From Nemertoderma westbladi (Eukaryota > Animalia > Xenacoelomorpha): a DNA stretch of 40,762 bases. The position numbers and the translations under genes were made by a program. Below the pieces are notes generated by a model. It was not told the DNA's origin and did no database searches. It worked only from the letters and a program-made list of their open reading frames with translations. Shown piece after piece: positions 8,964-19,535 of this stretch. Location of the stretch: assembly GCA_032718475.1 (NCBI GenBank), contig JAUCBJ010001670.1:1-40762 (forward strand), read 5' to 3'. How positions within the stretch are numbered: the first letter of the stretch is position 1; each line of letters begins with the position of its first letter.

Positions 8964-10438
8964 TCATTTATCCCATCATAGTAGACATGTACCGTACAAC
9001 AAGAGTCCCACAAGAAATGAAAACAAATAAGTTGGTGCCAGTTCCCAAGAAGGGCAACCTAACACTCTATGGTTCTTTTCGGGGAATCTCATTGATCTCG
9101 ATTGCTGCAAAGCTATACAATAGGATTCTATTAAATCGCATCAGGGATCCCATTGAGAGACTGCTCCGTGGAAATCAGAATGGGTTCCGTAAAGGTCGTG
9201 GGACCATGGAGCCCATTTTGGCACTTAGAAGGATAATTGAAGAATTATCAAAAAAGAAAGACAGGCATCTGGCTGTTATCTTTGTTGACTTCTTCAAGGC
9301 CTTTGATTCAGTCTCTCGCTCACGTATGTTCAGCATACTTTCATTATATGGGATTCCTGATGAAATTATTGCAGCAATCAGATCAGTATACGATGGTTCG
9401 ACAACATTTGTGTCTACTGTTGACGGTGACACAGAACCATTTGAAGTGTTATGGGGCGTCCTCCAAGGAGACACACTTGCACCATTCTTGTTCATTATTG
9501 TGGTTGACTATGTTCTACGCATGTCCTTAGATCATCATAATGATGATGGGGTGATGATAACTCCACCTACTGGCTCCAGAAGTCGAGGAAATCCTGCCAA
9601 GTACCTAACTGATCTAGACTTTGCTGATGACTTAGGAGTACTCTCAGAATCATTAGAGGGAGCCCAACGGCTCCTCAGCTCATTAGAACATGCTGCTTCT
9701 AGTGTTGGTCTTTTTATTAACTCCAGAAAGACCAAAATTCTGACAGTTAACTTTGAAAGTCCTCAGCAAGTCTCTGATCGGATGAGCATAAGCTTAAAGG
9801 ATGGTATGCTTGAGCATGTGGACGACTCCTGTTACCTGGGATCATGGATCCGGAAGTCAGGTGCGGACCTTCGAATACGTAAGGGAAAGGCATGGGCAGC
9901 CTTGAATAGGCTTTCCAGGATTTGGAATTCACCGAGAATTAATCGGAAACTTAAGGTCCGATTATTTAGAGCAGCAGTAGTTCCAGTACTCCTCTATGGG
10001 AGTCCATGCTGGGCTCTAACTGCTGAGGACACCAAATCTCTGGATGGCACATTCACAAGAATGCTACGCCGGGTTCATTGTGTCAAGTACAATGCACACA
10101 TCTCCAACCAGACACTATATAACATTGGAGGTGTCTCATTGGTTCCCCCAAGCTTGACACTAGAACAAAATCGCCTCCGCTTTGCAGGACATTGCTTTCG
10201 CCGTGAGGACCAGCCAGTGCATAATCTTGTACTTTGGCAGCCTCATGGAGTGAATAAGCATGGTGGACAGCCCATGACTTTCTTGAGACGCATCTTAAAG
10301 GACACTGGCCTTAAAGATGCGGATGATCTAGCAAATGTCATGGGTTATAGGGAGTTGTGGCGGTGCAATTTTGTTGACAAGCCGGCACAGCATTCTTAAA
10401 AATGCAGCTGCAATGCAGCATGCCGATCCTAGTAGTAG
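8964..10438 (+). mobile_element. 5'-truncated RTE-clade LINE (family A) with intact RT region
   Basis: RT motifs FRGISL, NQNGFR, FVDFFKAFDS, GVLQGDTLAP, DFADD, YLGS, RLRFAGH; stop 10399; (TAG)3 tail 10430-10438; 11-bp TSD TTCAAATCGAA at 8953-8963 and 10439-10449. Confidence 0.95.
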
Positions 10439-10449
10439 TTCAAATCGAA

Positions 10450-11256
10450 ACCCTGGAGAAAGATATCGATTCGAGATATGTTTACTTCTATCTGATTTCT
10501 TGGAAGAAAGGCGCAATCTGACGAGTAAGTCAGCTAGAGGAGAAGCATACCGAGATACTACTCCATTGGACTCTGATGAACTTTGTTCCTACTTCAAAGA
10601 TCAACCCCAAATGGAGATATATTGTGCTTATTGTCGCATTAATAATAAGCTTATCTTCGTTGTCTGTCCACAGTTTATGACCCAATGGACAAGCTAGTTG
10701 GGATTGCCATTTTACCCCTGACATGGAAGCATAGACGAGTTAATTGTATTATGATACATACGAGCTTGGGAAGCTAGCGCAGACCTTCACTGCAATTTGC
10801 GCCACCATTACTATCCCAGACGCGCCTATGGGGGAGTGTACGCGTTTCACCCGTACATATTTCCCCAAATCGAACAGAAAACTCGTATTCCCAGTTATGA
10901 GCTACTCAAACGTGTTGGTGAGTTCATTTCCACCAAATATATGAGAAAATATTTGAAAAACATCAACCTAAACAACCTGGACTCATATAATTTAATTGGT
11001 TGTATTGGCTGAGACCTGGAATATGGTGAGACATTTATCAATACGCACCCTGAGTTGCAAGAGGTCCACCGACGCCCCTATGAGTATAAGGCGAGGGAAC
11101 GGGAATTGGTAAAAACTGTAAAACCCTATAAATTCCTCACGACCCATGGCCTACCAACAGCAGTCGTGCAGACGACCAAAGCGGGACCAGTCCAAGCCGC
11201 TTTCCTGAGATGAGCGTTAAAGATCGTGCGACCTCGACCCCTTCGATCCTCTGGTA
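10450..11256 (+). pseudogene. Decayed ORF, segment 2
   Basis: Continues segment 1 in frame after removing the RTE (GDSNR/NPGERYRF); a probable compensating frameshift pair near 10650-10780 and two TGA stops; ends at TSD GATCCTCTGGTA (11245-11256). Confidence 0.65.
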
Positions 11257-13286
11257 CTACTACTACTAGGCCGAGCGAACTCAGACAGTGGAAATGAGAT
11301 CCTTCCAGGCTTCCCGATTCTCCATAGTTGTCGCAATTTCGTTTCTCCCAAGTTCAGTATCCCTTTCAAGTTGATCTATATATGTTATGGCCGGTCGTCC
11401 ACGACTACGCTTTCCATGAGTTGGTTGCCAGAGAAGTAGATCTGGTATGACCTCGTCTTTACTTCGCCAGCAGTGCCCACTGAATCTTAATCTGCGTTCA
11501 CGGAGGGTGGTTGATACAGGTGGTATTGTACCATAAAGCTCGGCGTTTGTCATGTGTTGTCTCCAGCTGATGTTTAGGGCTGCCTGTAGTAGTCTTGTGT
11601 AGCACCCATCAATTCGTTGTTCAAGTGATTTGGTCAGTGTCCAGGTCTCACCCCCGTATAAAAATACACTTTCCACTGTGGCTCGAAAGAACTTAGTCTT
11701 CAGGTGCCTGGAGAGATCTGATTTCCAGATGGTATCCATTTTTGATAGAGCTACCCAAGCCTTTGCTTTCCTAACTTCTATGACCTTTTTGCTACTCCCT
11801 ATCCATGATCCAAGGTACTGGAAGTCATCGACCTTCCTTAGTTGATTATTATCAATGGTTGTCAAGTTCCCATCAACATTAAAGGTCATGAATTTGGTCT
11901 TTGTAGCATTTATATGCAATCCAACATCCTTAGCAGCCCTCTCCACTTTATTTAGTAGAAGCTGTGCATCTGCTAGCGTATTAGAGAGCAGGGCGATGTC
12001 ATCCGCAAAGTCGGTGTCTGTGACTGTAGTTGCCGGATATCTACTACTTCTGCGTTCTTGAAGTGTGAATCCCAGATCTTCACCCTTTGTGGCCATCCTC
12101 ATTGCGTAATCCAGCACAATTACAAATAGTAATGGTGCTAATGTGTCACCTTGCAGTACGCCAGCCAGGATTGAGAAAAACTCAGTTTCACCATCTGGTG
12201 AGAGTACCTGCGCTTCTGTGTCACAATATAACAATCCAATGCCAGCAACAATTACTTCTGGTATTCCATGAGCTCTTAGGATTTCAAGCATTTTACCTCT
12301 ATGGATGGAGTCGAATGCCTTCTTGAAGTCCACAAAAGTCATGACTGCGGGGAGATTCTTTGACTTAATTCCTTCAATCAGTCTCCGTAGTGCAAGTATC
12401 TGAGCTATTGTTGATCTACTTGGTCGAAATCCGTTTTGGCTCTTACTGCTGAGCTTGTTACTAACGTCCATCCCTTTCCAATGTCATTGTACTTCATGGC
12501 AGTGTCTTCATGACAAATCCGATGTTCTTGGATGCAGATGATGTCGATGTTATATTCCATTGCCAGAGTGACCATGTCACCCAGTTTGGTATGTGCTTTC
12601 AGCTTGCGTGCGTTCATTGTAGCAATCTTTAGTGTCTTTTTACATTTCAACAGGTTGGTTCTTCTTTCTTCTCTGTCTTCTGTTCCAGTAGCCAATTTAT
12701 CGACCCCAGCCTGGTGTACCACTGAGGGACGTGGTCCTTGTTGACCCGGGCGACGACCGAGCCGGTATTTCTCCTGGAGGGTTCTCATACTCATATCTTT
12801 CAGTTGCGGGAGTAAACCGCTTGTGGTCGCAACTCCTACAAGCGTCTTCGCAGTAGGTCGCCGTTGGTTGATTACTTTCCGCCGACCTTGTCAGCATGTC
12901 TAGCCGTTGGTTGATTACCTTCCGCCTATCCATGGCCTACAGCCCTGCTGCCGACTGTAAAGGTCCTTTTGTTACACCCTGAACCAAGTGTGCCTCCTGG
13001 GTTAGGTTACCTAACACTGGTAGAGGAGCATCCAGTATAGACAGGGCGGGGCGTTTATCATCTCTAATGCAGATGCGTATCAAGCCTTTGGCTTCAATGG
13101 TGCCCTAGGCGCTATAGCCCTCAATGACTTATTTAGTTGACGGGGCTAAACCAACCCACTCTTGATCAACTAAATAATGAATAGGCTATGCTTATCGGGC
13201 CTGCCCTACTGGGCTGACAGCTTCAGGTAGTACCACATTACTGCCATAGTGGTAGCAGGATCTGGGGACCTGACCTGACCTGATCA
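11257..13286 (-). mobile_element. RTE-clade LINE (family B) with 5' UTR, internally deleted
   Basis: (TAG)n tail near 11255-11268; RT ORF 11281-12471 (QNGFR, VDFKKAFDS, QGDTLAP, FADD); APE N-terminus in ORF 12405-12794 (KIATMNAR, ICIQEHR); 12-bp TSD GATCCTCTGGTA at 11245-11256 and 13287-13298. Confidence 0.95.
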
Positions 13287-13298
13287 GATCCTCTGGTA

Positions 13299-13543
13299 GA
13301 CGTGTTGATACCGAAACACCTTCCCAGGAGAGAAGCGCATCCTCCATGGATCTCAACCAACCAGGTACCTCGACCGACGGATACACCGACCGCAACCCCA
13401 ACCCTTCTGATGCAATTATATTGCACCCTTCCCCGAGGAGTTATAGTCCTCCAAGTAAAGTGGGTCGTAGCATCGGGAAGAAGACAACCACTGCCCAAAG
13501 GTTCAAGAAACTCCGTAAACGTCATTCTAGAAAGAAAGATTGA
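13299..13543 (+). pseudogene. Decayed ORF, segment 3 (disordered, basic C-terminus)
   Basis: In frame with segment 2 across the TSD (LRSSG/RRVDTETPSQ...MDLNQPG...RFKKLRKRHSRKKD*). Confidence 0.65.
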
Positions 13544-14569
13544 TTGTTTAGAGTAGTTATTATATTAAGAAATTGTGACTCTATGTATATTTTATAGACT
13601 TAAGTCCCATTTTCTGGGAGCGGTGTTGAAGCTTTTGCGACAAAATGTGGCGTTTTTGTGCAATTTGCACACAACTCTAAAAAGGCCAACATTGTTCTAA
13701 GGTGTTGAAGGAAGTATAAACTTATGCAACTACGCATCTGTCTTAATCCAGAACTAACATGACGAAATTTGCCAGCTGTTTCTTTATGCATAGAGACTGT
13801 GTTATATTTTGTTATATTTCGGCCAATCAGCGCGATTTTCACTTTGCGAATTCTTTGTTTACATATGAATACCGTAATGTGACGAAATCATTCAGTCTGA
13901 CATTTCTGACTTTGCCCAAAAGACCATGAGGCTAGAGTGTCAGGGACTTACCAAACACAGGAAATTATCTCTCTCAACTCTCGTAACACAACATCTGACT
14001 GATGATTAAATGCCACACACACCACGTAATTTATATTGTTTATATTGTTATAATACTATAATTTGTAACATATGGATAAATGTTAATAATTGGAGAATAC
14101 TTACGAATAACCAGTAGATCTCTTGGTTTTCTTGATTATTGAGGTAAGCGGAGGGGTTTACTATTCACAATTGGCGTGTTTCAGTACTATTGTCAGTTGT
14201 GTGAATGCGAGCGAATAATTATACATTCCTAAAGAATGTAAACATTGTACAATCTCATGACCACCTGTTGTAATTAGTATAAGTCATATCTCTGCGTGGT
14301 ATTTAAAGCGCAGCACCTGAAAGGAACTGTTGGTGTTTAACTGAAAGTAAACATAGTTTTTGGAGATTATATAGTAAAGATCAATAGAATAATACAAAGT
14401 GTCCTACGGATCTCCCTGCCATCGAATCCAGTCTCCCACCTCTGGTGGGTCATACGCCGCGCTAGACTAGCTTCGGCTGTGTTCATTTGTACGGGCTGTC
14501 AGACATCATAAGACACGTAAATTAACAGGTTAGACTGTTAAAGGTCTAAAAGCGCGAACAGTGTTTGTA

Positions 14570-14950
14570 AAGAAAGACAGACATTTGGTTGTTATCTTTG
14601 TTGATTCCATCAATGCCTTTGATTCCATTACGCCCACACATGTTCAAAATATTCAGGCATATGGGATTCCCGATGAGATCATTAAGGCAAACAGATCAGT
14701 TTATCACGTTTCCACGACCTTAGTATCCATCCACCAGCGACCAAGACACAGACCCATTCGAGGTACTCTGGAGTGTCCTTCAGGGAGACACATTATTAGC
14801 CCATTTCGCCTTCATTATTGCGGTGGACTACTGCGCTGCGGACATCTCTTGATATTCACAATGCTGATGAGGAGTAAATATCTTCACCATCAGGTAGCCA
14901 CAGTCGTGGGTTCCCAGCAGAACATCTTACTTATATTGATTTCGGCTTAT
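14570..14950 (+). mobile_element. Old degenerate RTE family A-related RT fragment
   Basis: KKDRHLVVIFVD...AFDSI...YGIPDEII matches the 9250-9620 part of the family A copy, with frameshifts. Confidence 0.8.
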
Positions 14951-15293
14951 GTTCATTTTATTGTTTACAATATATGTAATAAGTGGATTGTGGGTGTTAA
15001 CGAATCTGGTTGGTGGTGGGGTTGGGAGTTCATACATGGTCGGGGCATGGAAATGCGATGATTGGAGATGGGCGGGGTGGAAATTGTCTGAAAAGGCTAC
15101 TCAAACAACTCCCATATTGTATTGTTTGTATTGCAAAAGTAACCAACTGGAATAGAAATAAGGTAAATTTTAAATCAAGGCTAATTATTTGAGTTGATTA
15201 AAATAGCTATAAATTATAACTATCCAGTATAACATAAAAGTAACAATTTAATTAATTTATATTAGCGAAATTAGAATTACAGTACGAGAGACT

Positions 15294-15968
15294 CTACAGA
15301 GGTGTTTTTGGTCTTTTCAGCAGCCAATCAGCAATCTTTGGATTCGATTTCACAGCTGCGTTCTGCTTGGCAAACTCAGGGAACCCACAAAACATATCGA
15401 TTGAATTATCGTAGACGTACTCCATTAACATTTCACAGATCCGGTAGATGAAGAGATCAGTGATTGTGATACCGGAATCTATAATAAAATCCGACTTAGA
15501 ATTCGTCAAAAGGTCGTTGATTTTGCGCGACCATTCTGGAAAGACGTTTTCTTTTATGTTGTTAATAGCTTCGATTTTGGCTTCCTCGTCTTTGGGGAAC
15601 ACGACGGTATACACCGCCGCTAGTGTACCAGCGCTGTACTCGTAATACATATCAACGATAGCTTCTTCACGTGCGGTTTTACCGCAGTAGCCGTATCGTC
15701 TTCCCAAGTAGTGATTGATAGCGGAGGATTCCGCGAGTTTAAATGGCGAATCTCCAGATCCCGTTGTGATCTCCAGGTAGGGTAACGAGCCGAAAGGAGT
15801 CTCCCCTGAGAACTTAAGCTTCGGCCAATCAGTGGAAGGACAATCAGGTGTCGGCCAAATGATTCTGTGGTCCACATATGGTTTACCGGCCAGAGCCAAT
15901 ACAAACCGGGCTACTTCGGCTCTGCCACGGGCATTGAAGTAAATTAGCTTGTAAGTTTCGTCGCCCAT
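15294..15968 (-). CDS. Glutathione S-transferase, sigma-class-like, CDS without introns
   Basis: 224 aa; YKLIYFNARGRAEVAR (catalytic Tyr region), TPFGSLPYL (cis-Pro loop), ESSAINHYLGRRYG, ITITDL N-capping box, IADWLLKRPKTPL C-terminus. Confidence 0.93.
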   Translation of the reverse strand: MGDETYKLIYFNARGRAEVARFVLALAGKPYVDHRIIWPTPDCPSTDWPKLKFSGETPFGSLPYLEITTGSGDSPFKLAESSAINHYLGRRYGYCGKTAREEAIVDMYYEYSAGTLAAVYTVVFPKDEEAKIEAINNIKENVFPEWSRKINDLLTNSKSDFIIDSGITITDLFIYRICEMLMEYVYDNSIDMFCGFPEFAKQNAAVKSNPKIADWLLKRPKTPL

Positions 15969-15984
15969 TATATTGACTTATTAT

Positions 15985-16000
15985 CTAATGAAATGAAATT
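15985..16000 (-). promoter_or_regulatory. Candidate 3' splice acceptor 16 nt upstream of the GST ATG
   Basis: Minus strand AATTTCATTTCATTAG/ATAATAAGTCAATATAATG. Confidence 0.5.
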
Positions 16001-16419
16001 GTATAGGCCTACAATTACTGCTACTTACTGTTCAACAGTATAATTATAAATATTAGACCTGGGGGGGGGGGGGCACGCAAATCCCATCTCGGTAAATCAA
16101 CACATCGATTCTCAATGTTAAATTATCTATTACAGGGAAAGTAGCAGGTTACAGTCACATATTGTTCTAACCAAAATTTAAACTAAAGTCAAAAGAACAA
16201 ACAGGTTGCAATTTTTTGGAGAAATCAGCTGTTATTTACGTCGATTTTCCCATGGAGAGGAATGAATTGTGATTGCCCCCCTATCGTGAGTCCCCCTTTC
16301 GGAAAAGCTTACGAATGATCGATAGTCTTATTGTGGCTGCTAATGTAATACTTAATCTCCGCACTAGCAGTAGCAGAACTATCTATCTAACTTGCCACTC
16401 ACTACAGCATGATTGATCC

Positions 16420-17463
16420 TCTCTATGAGGGCTATTTATACTGCCTTCACAGAGGCAGCTAAGGCAACAGCTGCAGAAACAGTTCCTGTATACCCTCGAA
16501 ACAGGAAAAGGGCCCCCTGGACTGACAACAAAATTCGGAAATGCCGAGAGGATCTCACTAAGGTATAGAGAGACTCCAAACTGAAACAGACTACAGTGGC
16601 CAAGAATGAGGTTAAGGCTGCATGTAGGTCCCTAAATAGGTAATAATCTGATAATCTACAGGAGCTTATCAACCAGCAGGTCGATGCAATCAATGATCAG
16701 CTGGGAGGAAAAGCCATCCAACCACCAAGGTTAAGGCAAAATCACCAGCTGATCGCCTCAATGGTTGTTTGGAAGGCCCACTTTGAAAAGCTCCTCAATA
16801 ATGACAGGGTATTGCCTGATAACTTTATAGAAGTTAAAGTGTCTGAGTCTGTACTCCCAGATATTCCCATTGGCAATATCTCCTTTGCAGAAGTGAAGGC
16901 TGCTGCAAAGAGCATTAAGACCAATCGTGCCAGTGGAGTAGATGGTGATTCCCTTGAGGTCTTTAAAATACCTGAGTGTTTAAAGCTCATCTATCCCATC
17001 ATAGTAGACATGTACTGAACAACAAGAGTCACACAAGAAATGAAAACAAATAAGTTGGTGCCAGTTCCCAAGAAGGGCAACCTAACACTCTATGGTTCTT
17101 TTCGGGGAATCTCATTGATCTCGGTTGCTGCAATGCTATACAATATAATTATATTAAATCGCATCAGGGATCCCATTGAGAGACAGCTCCGTGGAAATCA
17201 GAATGGGTTCCGTAAAGGTCGTGGGACCATGGAGCCCATTCTGGCACGATGGTTCGACAACATTTGTATCTAGTGTTGATGGTGACACAGTCATTCGAAA
17301 TTTTATGGAGAGTCTTCCAGGGTGACATACTTTCACCATTCTTATTCATAATTGTGGTTGAATATGTTCTACGCATGTCCTTAAGATCATCATAATGACG
17401 ATGGTGTCATACTAACAGAACGGCCTACTATAGTACTCCGCGGTAACACCACCTACTGGCTCC
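16420..17463 (+). mobile_element. Degenerate RTE family A fragment with internal deletions
   Basis: 16988-17246 closely matches 8965-9224; deletion junction GGCAC/GATGGTTCG near 17247; upstream WKAHFEKLLN...RASGVDG linker region; stops and frameshifts. Ends approximate. Confidence 0.9.
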
Positions 17464-17553
17464 GAGCTACTCCTAAACCCACTATAGACGTCCACGAGGA
17501 ATAATTGCGTGGAAGTTCATTGAACCACAATTAGATAATTGAAAATAACTTTT

Positions 17554-17991
17554 CCCTTACTAAATGAACCCTTGATGATTATGTACTTAATCTAGCTCGC
17601 GGCGAAAATTATACATCTCAGTATGACCTATTAATATATATTTTTAGTAGGTCATTATCTCGGGCAACGTTTCCTTATTAAATAGTTATTATTCGTTTTC
17701 AAATGTAAATTCTTGTGTAGGTAACTAACTATTGGCAGTAGTTTAGGAATTAGGGAGTGCGAGTGATTTATATTAGTTTTAGATATTAGTTTTGTTTGTT
17801 GATAGAGACATTGATAAAGTCCACTGTAACTGCATATATTGAATACTGACAGGTTGAGTAAATGTTCTACCTGATCGCTATCAAGCCCTAGACTCCTTTA
17901 TCTTTACTCGCCATCCTAGTATTTATCAGTTTACCATGTGAAAACACAAAGTAAAAGAAAATTACAACTTCATACAAACCTTGCCTATATT
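17554..17991. repeat. Diverged local duplication, copy 2; candidate promoter or first non-coding exon of the GST
   Basis: Homologous to 5815-6187; lies 1.6-2.0 kb upstream of the GST ATG; donor-like motifs on minus at 17870 (CAG/GTAGAA) and 17911 (G/GCGAGT). Confidence 0.85.
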
Positions 17992-18101
17992 TTGACAAAT
18001 ACTACCGGCAGATTATGTTCAACAATAAATTAATTTTATTATTTCGCAGAATTTTCAAAGTAAATATTCTTGTGTTAGTGAATAATACCAAACCAATAAA
18101 C

Positions 18102-18392
18102 TGAGATAGGTTGGTTTTTAGGGAATATGAAGGAAGTCAACGCAATTAGAAACAACGCCAAAGTTTTAAATTTCATCGTTTGATTTGAAAAACAGTATAA
18201 AAAGAAACAAATACCGGTTAATATTGCAAACGTTTCGGGACATACAAGCACAACCATCATCAGTGCATAGAAAAATAATGTTACAGCAGAAAATGTCTGA
18301 TGCTGATGATGGTTGTGCTTGTATGTCCCGAAACGTTTGCAATATTAACCGGTATTTGTTTCTTTTTATAATGTTTTTCAAATTAAACGATG
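18102..18392. mobile_element. Penelope-like (pLTR) inverted-repeat insertion with hammerhead-like cores
   Basis: 93-bp inverted arms 18171-18263 and 18303-18395 (2 mismatches, 39-nt spacer); 12-bp direct repeat AAACCAATAAAC at 18090-18101 and 18393-18404. Confidence 0.7.
18225..18267 (-). ncRNA. Minimal type I hammerhead ribozyme-like motif
   Basis: Minus strand UGCA-CUGAUGA-UGG...CCC-GAAAC-GUU-UGCA: core boxes, 4-bp stem I, palindromic AAACGUUU stem III, weak stem II. A second core lies on plus at 18303-18341 with poorer stem I. Confidence 0.55.
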
Positions 18393-18568
18393 AAACCAAT
18401 AAACGATATAATTAAGGGAGTAACTTACCATAGTTGTAACTGTAACATTGACAAACAGAAAGAATCATAGCGTGGTATGATTAAAAGTGTGAAGTAATAA
18501 CCAGGAGGCGTGAGTATAGAGTGTGATGGCCAAACCCAGTTTAGATACTGCATATTGATAAGAGATAA

Positions 18569-19535
18569 CACGAAGTGGGGCCTTCGCGCAGCACGTGACT
18601 TAAATTTAATTTAAGTACTAATTCGAAAGTATTACTGTATTAGCAAATTTTAAGCAGATTTCGCCTAATCACTTTTTACCTCTTTCATTTCTATTCAGAC
18701 ATTTCTGACTCTAGCGGTATAGTGAGAACTGAAGATGGATTAGGGTCTCCATCCCCACAAAGACACAGCCTATGGATGAATAGTACATACGTACATCGGC
18801 CAAGTTTCATCTTGAATAACGGATAACGAAATGAGAGACGGATCTCACTTTCAGAAATTTCGTCGTATAGCGGCAGACCGATTAAATCTCCCCCCCCCCC
18901 CCCCCCCCCCCACAAAGACGCAGCATGTGGTCCAGAATATATGGCAAGATTCAGCTTAAACTGATTAAAATCAATGAGACGGGAGAATCTATTCACTTTC
19001 AGGCATAAAGTAGTCCTATAGCGGGTGACTGTTGAACTGATTTTCAACAAAACAAATTTTCAACTTGGCAGCTTTAAATTCGACAAAGTTATAAGCATGT
19101 CAATATCATAACGACGACAACGATTTCACTTTCAGACATTTGGCCCTCTAGCGGCAGACTGGAGAACTGCAGATGGATTCGCCTCCTTTGAAAGTCACAG
19201 CTAATGGTCTAATACATATCTGCCAAGTTTCAGCTTAAACGGATTAAAAGCAAAGAAATGGGAGGGCATTTAATGTTTAGACATGTGGCCCTCTAGCGGG
19301 AGACCATTGCACTGATGGTGTCTGAAAGTCTCTCAAAAATCTCAACTTTTGCTCATATTGATACCTACAAATTTTCAAATTGGCAGCTTTAAATCCGACA
19401 AAGTTATTAGCATGTCAAAATCGTAACGACGACGACGACAACGACGACGACGACGACAACTATTTGCACAAATTGACCCACCCCCTAACAGTGTCAATTC
19501 GCTAAGGCTCCGCCAACTTCGTGGCTCGCCCCACA
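18569..19535 (-). mobile_element. Helentron-associated (HINE/DINE-like) non-autonomous repeat with internal subrepeats
   Basis: Terminus TGTGGGGCGAGCCACGAAGT...GAGCCTTAGCG shared with 27128; (GAC)n microsatellite ~19426-19459; recurring TTTCAGACAT...CTCTAGCGG units; partial inverted match CACGAAGTGGGGC at 18569-18581. Confidence 0.6.

Noticed and set aside
13601-13950. TAAGTCCC...GGGACTTA as TIRs of a small element
   Set aside because: Only 8 bp match, no extension and no TSD; cannot be distinguished from chance.
14266-14527. Possible solo LTR (TGTTG...TTAACA with a TATTTAAA box)
   Set aside because: No flanking duplication and no second copy in the window.
15294-15968. S-crystallin or bacterial horizontal-transfer call for the GST
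   Set aside because: It lacks the long central insertion and Met-rich composition of cephalopod S-crystallins, and its motifs are animal sigma-like; an intronless CDS alone does not imply transfer.
18166-18415. Two ORFs sharing KRNKYRLILQTFRDIQAQPSS on opposite strands
   Set aside because: A by-product of the DNA palindrome, not a gene pair.
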